DNA of 32,000 nt from Fibrobacter succinogenes subsp. succinogenes S85. GTDB lineage: Bacteria; Fibrobacterota; Fibrobacteria; Fibrobacterales; Fibrobacteraceae. The stretch lies in contig NC_017448.1 of the NCBI RefSeq assembly GCF_000146505.1, positions 3,690,001 to 3,722,000 on the forward strand. Direction: 5' to 3'. The translations under genes and the position numbers were made by a program. The notes under the pieces were generated by a model. It worked only from the letters and a program-made list of their open reading frames with translations, made no database searches and was not told the DNA's origin. Position 1 is the stretch's first letter. Each line of letters starts with the position of its first letter. Below, one piece after another: positions 9,103-17,127 of the stretch.

Positions 9103-10083
9103 TTATTTTAATACAATCTTCTTTGCGAAATTCACGTTTTTCCCGCTCACACGCACCATGTAAATTCCCGCATTGAGCGAGGCAAGGCTAAGCGTTGCGG
9201 CGTTATTTGTTGCGTTGTTAATGGCGCCCTTCATCACGACTTGTCCAAGGGAATTCAAAACCTCGGTAGTTGCTGTGGACTTGATTCCCGTGAATCCGAG
9301 CGTGCGCCCGTTCAAAACAGCGCTGACTGTGGATGTTCTACGAGTGACCTTGATATCGTCCGGTGGTGTGGGGATTCCGCATTTTTCTGGGCATGTTCCA
9401 TCTTTAGGCCCGACGGCGCAAATTCTGAATTCGTAATCACCTGGTTCTGCCTGAATTTTAAAATGAATTCCGACAAGTTGCTTTGCTGCTGTTTCTCCGT
9501 CAAATTTGACAGAGCCATCGTACCATGATGGTTGCTTAAAGTCGGACCAAGATACAACAACCCTCTTGTCCGTTTTGGTGGCGGGGAGGGTTACTGCTGG
9601 GTTTGCGTAATTTATCGTTGAATCGGTGGCATCACCAAGGCCAAGTTCCAGAGATATGTCTGTATCCGATGTGTAGGTCACGCAGAGTCCTTCCCAGGCG
9701 GAGGCGTCTCCTGCGACTATCGTGTTGTCCGTGGGGGATGCTTCCCCGACGATGTTGAATCCCATGCCGGAGAACGGTTTTTGAGTTGATGTGCCGCTAT
9801 AGAGAGTGGCTGTCCCGCATACTCCTTCACAATGCTCAATAACCGCATCCATATAGTGAGGTTCGCATGAATAATATTCGTGACATGGTTGAACTGGATA
9901 AACGATTTTTGATTCACCGCCATTGAAGGAATCATTAAAATCGTACCATATTCCGTAAGTATTGGTTTCGTTGCCTAGTCCGGTTTCTACAGCGGGGACT
10001 CCGTCGGCTCCGTTCCATGTTTCAAATGTGCCTGCGAAAGTTGATGTTACTACGCAAAGTGCTGTTAACGTAAACTTTTTCAT
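9103..10083 (-). CDS. secreted protein: signal peptide + uncharacterised module + T9SS-type CTD (paralog 2)
   Basis: Start taken at ATG 10083 (MKKFTLTAL...), preceded by AGGAGG. The track start 10101 is an upstream GTG. Motifs are TWNGADG, CEGVCGTATL, GDASAWEGLCVTYTSDTD, LELGLG, INYANPA, SWSDFKQPSWYDG, ETAAKQLVGIHFKIQAEPGDYEFRICAVGPKDGTCPEKCG and the CTD GIYMVRVSGKNVNFAKKIVLK. Confidence 0.85.
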   Translation of the reverse strand: MKKFTLTALCVVTSTFAGTFETWNGADGVPAVETGLGNETNTYGIWYDFNDSFNGGESKIVYPVQPCHEYYSCEPHYMDAVIEHCEGVCGTATLYSGTSTQKPFSGMGFNIVGEASPTDNTIVAGDASAWEGLCVTYTSDTDISLELGLGDATDSTINYANPAVTLPATKTDKRVVVSWSDFKQPSWYDGSVKFDGETAAKQLVGIHFKIQAEPGDYEFRICAVGPKDGTCPEKCGIPTPPDDIKVTRRTSTVSAVLNGRTLGFTGIKSTATTEVLNSLGQVVMKGAINNATNNAATLSLASLNAGIYMVRVSGKNVNFAKKIVLK

Positions 10084-10120
10084 CGTAGCCTCCTGAGTCA
10101 CCCCGGACTGTCTAACCTTT

Positions 10121-10240
10121 CATGTCATTCCACTTCGTGGCTTGACTGCTGCGGGTATCAAATGCGAGTTCACAAGTGACCTCTCGCTTGATACCCTTGC
10201 ATGTCATTCCCGGCGCCTGTCCTCGCTTGACGGGAATGAC
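10121..10240. repeat. structured intergenic element with nested inverted and direct repeats (REP/MITE-like)
   Basis: CATGTCATTCC occurs twice (10121-31 and 10200-10). There is a 9-bp inverted repeat GGGTATCAA / TTGATACCC (10153-61 / 10189-97) and a 10-bp inverted repeat GTCATTCCCG / CGGGAATGAC (10203-12 / 10231-40). A small hairpin CCAC-TTC-GTGG is also present. No U-tract follows any stem. Confidence 0.6.
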
Positions 10241-10264
10241 CGGGAATCTCCATCTCGTATAGCT

Positions 10265-11242
10265 TTACCTCAGTACAATCTTCTTTGCAAAATTGACGTT
10301 TTTCCCGCTCACGCGCACCATATAAATTCCCGCTTTAAGCGATGCAAGGCTAATCGTTGTGGCGTTATTCGTGGCGTTGTTAATGGCGCCCTTCATCACG
10401 ACTTGTCCAAGAGAATTCATCACTTCAGCTGTTGCGGAGGACTTGATTCCCGTGAATCCAAGCGTGCGCCCGTTCAAAATTGCGCTGACTGCGGAAGTCC
10501 CGCGAGCAATTTGAATCCCTGCACTTGGCATTCCGCATTTTTCTGGGCATGTGCCGTCTTTGGGGCCGACCGCGCAAATGTTAAAACGGTAATCGCCGTC
10601 TTCTGCTTGTATCTTGAACCTGACCGTAGCGAGTTGCTTTGCTGCGGTTTCACCGTCGAATTTGACGGCTCCGTTGTACGACGAAGGTTGCTTAAAATCG
10701 GACCAGCTGAAAACCATTCTATTGCTAGTCTTGGAGGCGGGGAGATTGACTGCCGGATTTGCGTAATTGATTGTGGAATCGGTAACTTCGCCAAGGCCGA
10801 GTTCTAGAGCTATGTCCGTATCCGATGTGTAGGTCACGCAGAGTCCGCCCCAAGAGGAGGCGTCGCCTGTGACTAGTGTCCAATCTTTTTCTGAAAGTTG
10901 TCCGACGACATTGAAACCTATACCCGTAAATGCTGTATGGGGTGAATTCCATTTGTTGAGAATAGCTGTCCCGCACATCCCTTTGCAATCATCGATGATG
11001 GGTTCAAGCCAGTATATTGAACAATCTCGGCATGGATCGACATCCCAATAGACTTTGGACGCGCCTCCCTCACCGTCATCTTCATAGGTGAACCAGAATC
11101 CGCTCATTTCTGTTTCGTTGAGAAGCCCGGTTTCAACTCGGCAGATATTGTAAGCGTTTTCGTCTGCACCGTTCCATGTGATAAACGGCCCTGCAAAAGT
11201 TGATGTTGCTGCGCAAAGTGCTGTCAATAAAAACTTTTTCAT
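10265..11242 (-). CDS. secreted protein: signal peptide + uncharacterised module + T9SS-type CTD (paralog 3)
   Basis: MKKFLLTALCAATSTFA signal peptide, with RBS AGGAG upstream. The module motifs match paralog 2. The C-terminal ~80 aa are nearly identical to paralogs 2 and 4. Confidence 0.85.
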   Translation of the reverse strand: MKKFLLTALCAATSTFAGPFITWNGADENAYNICRVETGLLNETEMSGFWFTYEDDGEGGASKVYWDVDPCRDCSIYWLEPIIDDCKGMCGTAILNKWNSPHTAFTGIGFNVVGQLSEKDWTLVTGDASSWGGLCVTYTSDTDIALELGLGEVTDSTINYANPAVNLPASKTSNRMVFSWSDFKQPSSYNGAVKFDGETAAKQLATVRFKIQAEDGDYRFNICAVGPKDGTCPEKCGMPSAGIQIARGTSAVSAILNGRTLGFTGIKSSATAEVMNSLGQVVMKGAINNATNNATTISLASLKAGIYMVRVSGKNVNFAKKIVLR

Positions 11243-11298
11243 CGTAAACTCCTAAGTCATCCCGGACACTGTTCCAGGGTCAGTATCTCGTATTTATT

Positions 11299-12972
11299 TT
11301 ACCTCAGTACTATTTTCTTTGCAAAATTCACGTTTTTCCCGTTCACACGCACCATGTAAATGCCTGCGTTAAGCGATGTAAGGTTAAGCGTGGCTGCGTT
11401 GTTTATGGCGCCCTTCATCACGACTTGCCCAAGCGAATTCAAAACCTCGACGGTGGCTGTGGACTTGATTCCCGTGAATCCTAGCGTGCGCCCGTTCAAA
11501 ATAGCTTTGACTGCGGATGTTCCACGAGCAATTTGAATCCCTGCACTTGGCGTCCCGCATTGTTCCGGGCATGTCCCGTCTTTGGGGCCGACCGCGCAAA
11601 TGTTAAAACGGTAATCGCCGTCCTCTGCTTGTATCTTGAATTTGACCGCGGTGAGTTGCTTTGCTGCAGCTTCTCCATCGATTTTAATGGATCCGTCGTA
11701 CGACGAAGGCTGTTTAAAGTCGGACCAGCTGAAAATCATTCTATTGCCAGTCTTGGAGGTGGGCAATTTGACTGCCGGACTTGCATTATCTATTATGGGA
11801 TCGTCGGTATCGTCAATGTCGAGTTCCAGAGATATGTTTGTATCCGATGTATAGGTCACGCAGAGTCCGCCCCAAGAAGAGGCATCGCCTGTGACTAGAG
11901 AGAAATCGTGTTCTGAAATCGTTCCGACAACGCAGAAGGCTACATTTGCGGAAGGAACGTGGGATGAAGTTGCTTTTCTGAGATGGGCTGTTCCGCACAT
12001 TCCTTTGCAATAATCGATGATTGGGTCATATTTATTGGGTATCCATTCTGGGCTTAAATCAATGTCCCAAAGTATTTTGGACTCGGCACCATCGCTATCG
12101 TCTGAATAGGCTACCCAGTATCCGCTTATATCTGTTTCGTTGCGGAGCCCAGTCTCAACTTGGCTGGTTACGTTTTCGTCTGCTCCGTTCCATGTGATAA
12201 ACTGTCCTGCGGATGTTGACTTTCCGCATTTTTCCGGGCATGTTCCGTCTTTCGGGCCGATGGCGCAGATGTTGAAGTTGTATGAGCCGGGATCTGCCTG
12301 AATTTTAAAGTGTATGGCGGCGAGCTGTTTTGCTGCCGTCTCGCCGTTGATTTTAACGGCTCCATCGTACCATGAAGGCTGTTTAAAGTCGGACCAGTTG
12401 ACGACGACTTTGTTTCCGTATTTTCCGTTGGGCGATAGAATGTTTGGAGCTTTTGCGGCGGGAAGTGTTATTGCTGGATTTGCGTAATTGATTGTAGAAT
12501 CGACGGTTTCACCAAGACCGAGTTCCAAGGCAATATCTGTGTCTGACATGTAGGTCACGCAGAGCCCGCCCCAGGCTGATGCATCACCAATATCTGGCGC
12601 TGGGTTTGTTTCTGAGGTTTCGCCGACAACATTGAAACCCACACCGACATACGGATCGTGTTCATAAGATTCTTTGCTTAGAATCGCTGTGCCAGCAAGG
12701 CCTTTGCATTCCATGATGACGGGATCTAAAGATTGGTTGATGTTGTCGTATGCATCTATCTGTGCTGGCCAAGCGATTTTAGATGTTCCCAAGTTGTTGT
12801 TATCGTTGTAAGAATACCAGTAGCCTTCTGTTTCAAGTCCGTTGCCAAGTCCTGTATGGATCTGAAAGTTTGGAAGGAATTCTTCAAAAATTTTGGCTGC
12901 ATCCCAGGTTTTGAATGAACCTGCGTAAACGACAGATGCGGCGCATAGTGCGACCAACAAAGATCTTTTCAT
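11299..12972 (-). CDS. secreted protein with TWO tandem copies of the uncharacterised module + one T9SS-type CTD (paralog 4, fused)
   Basis: 557 aa. Module A spans roughly aa 18-250 and is paralog-2-like. Module B begins at GQFITWNGADENV around aa 255 and is paralog-3-like. Each carries CxGxxGTA, GDASxWGGLCVTY, SDFKQPSxYDG, AAKQL, FKIQA and NICAxGPKDGTCPExCG. There is a single CTD, GIYMVRVNGKNVNFAKKIVLR. Confidence 0.85.
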   Translation of the reverse strand: MKRSLLVALCAASVVYAGSFKTWDAAKIFEEFLPNFQIHTGLGNGLETEGYWYSYNDNNNLGTSKIAWPAQIDAYDNINQSLDPVIMECKGLAGTAILSKESYEHDPYVGVGFNVVGETSETNPAPDIGDASAWGGLCVTYMSDTDIALELGLGETVDSTINYANPAITLPAAKAPNILSPNGKYGNKVVVNWSDFKQPSWYDGAVKINGETAAKQLAAIHFKIQADPGSYNFNICAIGPKDGTCPEKCGKSTSAGQFITWNGADENVTSQVETGLRNETDISGYWVAYSDDSDGAESKILWDIDLSPEWIPNKYDPIIDYCKGMCGTAHLRKATSSHVPSANVAFCVVGTISEHDFSLVTGDASSWGGLCVTYTSDTNISLELDIDDTDDPIIDNASPAVKLPTSKTGNRMIFSWSDFKQPSSYDGSIKIDGEAAAKQLTAVKFKIQAEDGDYRFNICAVGPKDGTCPEQCGTPSAGIQIARGTSAVKAILNGRTLGFTGIKSTATVEVLNSLGQVVMKGAINNAATLNLTSLNAGIYMVRVNGKNVNFAKKIVLR

Positions 12973-13271
12973 AATCCACTCTCCTAATCAAACTTGCCCA
13001 ACATAAAATATAATTAATTTGGGTGCGTTTTATATTAGAAAAATGTTTCAAATAAATGAATGATTTCACGTGAATAAACTGCGTAAAACCTAAATGATAC
13101 GCTTTGTATTATATGGCTGTTGCTGATTGTTTAAACTGTTGACTTTTAATTTGTGAAAATGTGGATTGTTTTCTGTTTTTGCTCTAAAAATACGCAATGT
13201 CATAAATAAATATGTGGACTTTTTATAATTTTTGATATATATTTAAGAAAGTTGTTGGTGTGGACGCGGAG

Positions 13272-14948
13272 ATGTTTATGAGGACTAGGGGTTCTGGATT
13301 TTTTACGACGTTGGAATGGGCCTTTTTTGGCCTCTTTTGCCTATTTGGCGCTTTTGGGGCGCAATCGGCTTTTGCCGCAAATCCGTTGACGACGGACTTT
13401 TATTCTGCGGATGCCGCAGCCCTCGTGCATAACGACTCGCTCTTTATTTTTGCTGGCCACGATGAACAGGGGCCGCAGGGCAATAACAATAAAGCCTTCA
13501 TCATGAACGACTGGCACGTGCTCGTGACCGACGATATGGAGCATTATCACGATTACGGGGCGGTTTTGAGCGTCAAGACGTTCAAATGGGCGAATGCGAG
13601 CGCTTTTGCGGGCCACTGTGAATACCGAAATGGCAAGTTTTACTGGTATGTGGCGGTCCATCACGGAACCATCAAGGAAAATGGGAGTGAAGGTTTTGCG
13701 ATTGGCGTTGCTGTCGCGGATCATCCGTCCGGACCGTGGAAAGATGCGATTGGGCAGGCACTTATCACCGACAATACGCCGAATGACGTGAAATTGAATA
13801 TTGACCCCGCGATTTTTTACGATGGTGACGATATCTGGATGTATTGGGGCTCGTGGAGTGCGGGTCGCCGCGTGAAACTCAAGGAAAATATGATCGAGCT
13901 TGCAAGTACGCCCGAAGATATCAAGATCAAGGACTTTTTCGAGGCTCCGTGGATGCACTATTTCCGAGGCAATTATTACTTCAGCTATGCCTCGGGTTAC
14001 CCTTCGACGACGAACTACTCCATGGCGCCGAGCCTGAACGGACCGTGGACGCAAAAAGGCGTCATCAACGATAAAATGGACAATTCCGAGACGAACCATC
14101 AGGCAATTTTCAAGTATCTCGGACATTGGTATTTCATGTACCACGGCGCAAATTCTCCGGGCGGCTGGACGTACCGCCGTTCCGTGAATATCGATTACCT
14201 CTATTACGACCGCGATGGCTTAATCCAGAAAATCAAGCATACGGATGGCGTGGATCCGGTCAACAATGCGCTTCTCGAAGAGGGCGGTTACCGCTTGACG
14301 GTTTCGCATAGCAATTTGGCTCTCGAAGATAACGATGGTATCGTGGTGCAGCAAACTGCAGACGAAAAGAACGAAGCGCAACTTTGGGTGCTTGCGCATG
14401 GCGATTCGGCACGTTATTACACGCTCAAGAATTTTGCAACGGGCCGCTACTATTGCCCGCCCAAGACGTTGTTGGATACGGTGAAAACTTCTGAAACATC
14501 TTGTGAAATCCGCATTGAAAATGCATCTGCAAAGAAGGGTTACTTCTTGTTCGCGGATTACGATAGCGATTACCTCGGCGATGTGCTGAACATTTCGAAG
14601 GAAGTCGGGATGCCGGTCATCACGTGGGTTCGCACAGGAACGGACAACCAAAAAGTGCAATTTGCAAAAGCTGAATTGCCGAAAGTTGAACCGCCGACGG
14701 ACTCCGGCAATGGTGGAACGACGGGGATTGCGCGCGGTATTTTGAATGCGCCGGCTTTGCAACAGGTTCACTACGATGCGAGTGCTCGCGTGATTCGTTT
14801 GGGCGCTGAAGCGTCTTGGGCTTTGCTTGATGTAAATGGTGTTGTTGTGCGTCGTGGCTATGGTCGTGAAATCCAAGTGCGTTCCGTTCGTTCGGGAATG
14901 TACTTTGTTCGCGCAGCCCGTACTACAGCAAAGGTTTTGGTGAAATAA
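13272..14948 (+). CDS. glycoside hydrolase family 43 (xylosidase/arabinofuranosidase-type) + ricin-B/CBM13-like domain + T9SS-type basic C-terminal domain
   Basis: After the signal peptide (...GAQSAFA) the GH43 signatures are FYSADAAALVHNDSLFIFAGHDE, NIDPAIFYDGDDIWMYWGS and FEAPWMHY. A beta-trefoil-like region follows with AQLWVL. The C-terminus reads SGMYFVRAARTTAKVLVK. The start is uncertain: GTG 13260 in the track, or ATG at 13272 or 13278. Confidence 0.85.
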   Translation: MFMRTRGSGFFTTLEWAFFGLFCLFGAFGAQSAFAANPLTTDFYSADAAALVHNDSLFIFAGHDEQGPQGNNNKAFIMNDWHVLVTDDMEHYHDYGAVLSVKTFKWANASAFAGHCEYRNGKFYWYVAVHHGTIKENGSEGFAIGVAVADHPSGPWKDAIGQALITDNTPNDVKLNIDPAIFYDGDDIWMYWGSWSAGRRVKLKENMIELASTPEDIKIKDFFEAPWMHYFRGNYYFSYASGYPSTTNYSMAPSLNGPWTQKGVINDKMDNSETNHQAIFKYLGHWYFMYHGANSPGGWTYRRSVNIDYLYYDRDGLIQKIKHTDGVDPVNNALLEEGGYRLTVSHSNLALEDNDGIVVQQTADEKNEAQLWVLAHGDSARYYTLKNFATGRYYCPPKTLLDTVKTSETSCEIRIENASAKKGYFLFADYDSDYLGDVLNISKEVGMPVITWVRTGTDNQKVQFAKAELPKVEPPTDSGNGGTTGIARGILNAPALQQVHYDASARVIRLGAEASWALLDVNGVVVRRGYGREIQVRSVRSGMYFVRAARTTAKVLVK

Positions 14949-14959
14949 TTTTAAGGAGT

Positions 14960-17044
14960 ATGGAAATGAAGGTTTTGAATTTTGCGAATCTCGTGAAGAG
15001 CGCGACTCTTGCAACGATTGGCGCTTTTGGCGTCTCTGCTGTATCGGCTGCCGATTGGTACGCCAAGGACAACTTGCAACCGGGTCATGACCCGAGCGTG
15101 GTGCGTTTTGAGGATGGTTACGCCCTCATGAGCACAAACAATAATTTGCAACTGTGGACATCCGAAGATGCTTACACATGGCAAAACCACAAATCGACGG
15201 TGAGCAAAATCCCGCAATGGGCTTACACGTATGCGCCTACAACCGAAGGCATTTGGGCGCCTGACATTTATTACATGAACGGCGAATACCGCGTGTATTA
15301 CTGCGTCTCCGTTTTCGGCAAGCGCACGTCTGCGATTGGCTATCAGTCCACAAAGTCGATTATGCCTGGCACAACGGGCTACGGCTGGACGGACCATGGC
15401 CACGTTTTCCATACGGTGGCATCGGACAAGTACAATGCAATTGACGCCGATGTCGTTCGTGATACCGAAGGCAATTATTGGATGGCTTTTGGTTCGTTCG
15501 GTCTTGGAATTCAGTTGATTAAGTTGGATGCAAAGACGGGCTATCAGGCTAGTGACAACAAGACCATCTATAACATTGCACGCCGCACGAGTAAGGCAAG
15601 CGGTGGTGCCGAAGAAGGACCGAGTCTCATTGAACACGGGGGCAAGTATTTCTTGTTTACTGCATGGGATATCTGCTGCCAGCAGGGCGCAAATATTGAA
15701 CAGACAACGTACAAGACTGCTTACGGTCGTGCTGATAAAGTAACCGGTCCGTACAAGGACCGCGCGGGTTACGATATGGCTAATGGTGGCGGTACAATTC
15801 TTATGGAACGCTACGGACGTTATGTCGGTCCGGGCGGCGGCGAAGCTTTCCAAGACTTGAACCGCGTGCGTTTTGTGCATCACTATTACGATCTTAACGG
15901 CGACAAGTTCAATCATATTCATATTCGCGATGTTGTGTTTACCGAGGATAACTGGGCTGAGATGGGACAGCCCTTCCTCGGGCGTTATTTAAGTGCCGAA
16001 GTCGAACACGGCGCTTTGACGCGTGCAGTCTCGGGTGACCTCGCAATTACGCGCAGCAATACGGCTTCGAACGGCGAATACCTTGCTTACATCAACACGG
16101 CGGGTTCCAAGATTCGTTTGCCGATGAACATCATGCAAGCGGGCGAGTACTTATTGCGTTACCGCTATGCAAATGGCGGCGAAGGCGATGCTACGCACAA
16201 AGTCACTGTCAATGGCAAGTCTCAAACCGTGACGCTCCCGCCGACAGGTTCTTGGGGAACGTTCCCGGAAAAGTCTATTGTGATGATTCCGGCAACGCTC
16301 AAGCGCGGTGGCAACTTCATCGAAATTGAACCGCAGCCGAACGGATTCTTCTCGGAACTCGACCGCATCGACTTCTTGCGCGTGATTCGCGATACGATTC
16401 CGGCAAACGGCTTTGATAATGGTATCCGCGTGCGCCTCACGGACAAGGATGAATTTGCTATCAAGGATGGCGGCTACGCCATTTTTGAAAACGTTGTTGC
16501 CGATTCCATCAAGAGTGACGAAGTTTCTATCCAAGTGAAAAATGCAACCGCAGGCAAGCTCGCCATTCGTGATGGTGCAAAGAACGGAATCGTCCTTGCC
16601 GAATGTGACCTTTCAACGGCTAAGGCTGCAGCCAATGGCTGGTCTGAGGCAAACTGCGGAACGCTCAAAAGCAAAACGGGCATCAAGGATTTTTACCTGA
16701 CCGCGTCTGGTATTTCCGGCGAAGCCATTGTCGGAAATATAATGTTCAAGTTGAACACCCCAGAGTCAAGTTCCAGCAGCGTTTCCGCGGAATCTAGCTC
16801 CAGCGAAATGATTGTGAGCAGTTCGAGCGAATCCTCTGTGGCGCTCCCGGCTGTTCGTCCGACATTGAACTACTCGGTGACTCAAATCCCTAACGGTTAC
16901 CGCGTACACTTCGATAATGCTGGCGTTCATCAGGCTTACCTCTTGAATCCGATGGGGCAAATTGTCTCCCGTAAAAAAACTTACGGTACCGATATCGAAT
17001 TTAATAACCTTCCCAAAGGCCGATACGTTGTAAAAGTGAAGTGA
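14960..17044 (+). CDS. GH43 (arabinanase-like clade) + CBM35/6-like + CBM6-like + Ser-rich linker + T9SS-type CTD
   Basis: Catalytic-domain motifs are GHDPSVV, IWAPDIYY, YNAIDADV and AEEGPSLIEHGGKYFLF. The first CBM reads AEVEHGAL...SNGEYLAYIN...AGEYLLRYRYANG...PPTGSWGTF. The second CBM reads IKDGGYAIFENV...KDFYLTASG. The tail is LPKGRYVVKVK. An alternative start at ATG 14966 has better spacing from AAGGAG. Confidence 0.88.
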   Translation: MEMKVLNFANLVKSATLATIGAFGVSAVSAADWYAKDNLQPGHDPSVVRFEDGYALMSTNNNLQLWTSEDAYTWQNHKSTVSKIPQWAYTYAPTTEGIWAPDIYYMNGEYRVYYCVSVFGKRTSAIGYQSTKSIMPGTTGYGWTDHGHVFHTVASDKYNAIDADVVRDTEGNYWMAFGSFGLGIQLIKLDAKTGYQASDNKTIYNIARRTSKASGGAEEGPSLIEHGGKYFLFTAWDICCQQGANIEQTTYKTAYGRADKVTGPYKDRAGYDMANGGGTILMERYGRYVGPGGGEAFQDLNRVRFVHHYYDLNGDKFNHIHIRDVVFTEDNWAEMGQPFLGRYLSAEVEHGALTRAVSGDLAITRSNTASNGEYLAYINTAGSKIRLPMNIMQAGEYLLRYRYANGGEGDATHKVTVNGKSQTVTLPPTGSWGTFPEKSIVMIPATLKRGGNFIEIEPQPNGFFSELDRIDFLRVIRDTIPANGFDNGIRVRLTDKDEFAIKDGGYAIFENVVADSIKSDEVSIQVKNATAGKLAIRDGAKNGIVLAECDLSTAKAAANGWSEANCGTLKSKTGIKDFYLTASGISGEAIVGNIMFKLNTPESSSSSVSAESSSSEMIVSSSSESSVALPAVRPTLNYSVTQIPNGYRVHFDNAGVHQAYLLNPMGQIVSRKKTYGTDIEFNNLPKGRYVVKVK

Positions 17045-17064
17045 TTTTTTGCAAATAAATTGTA

Positions 17065-17081
17065 CCGAAAAATCCTTTCGG
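17065..17081 (+). terminator. weak hairpin CCGAAA-AATCC-TTTCGG after the GH43 gene
   Basis: 6-bp AT-rich stem about 20 nt after the stop. The trailing T-run is poor. Confidence 0.25.
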
Positions 17082-17127
17082 AATTTAAATTAAATAGTGT
17101 ATGCTGGTGTGTGGTTAAAGGAGTCGT

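Noticed and set aside
10142-10807. 221-aa plus-strand ORF spanning the structured spacer and part of paralog 3.
   Set aside because: It is antisense to a well-supported paralog gene and begins inside a repeat element. It has a TTG-type start with no RBS.
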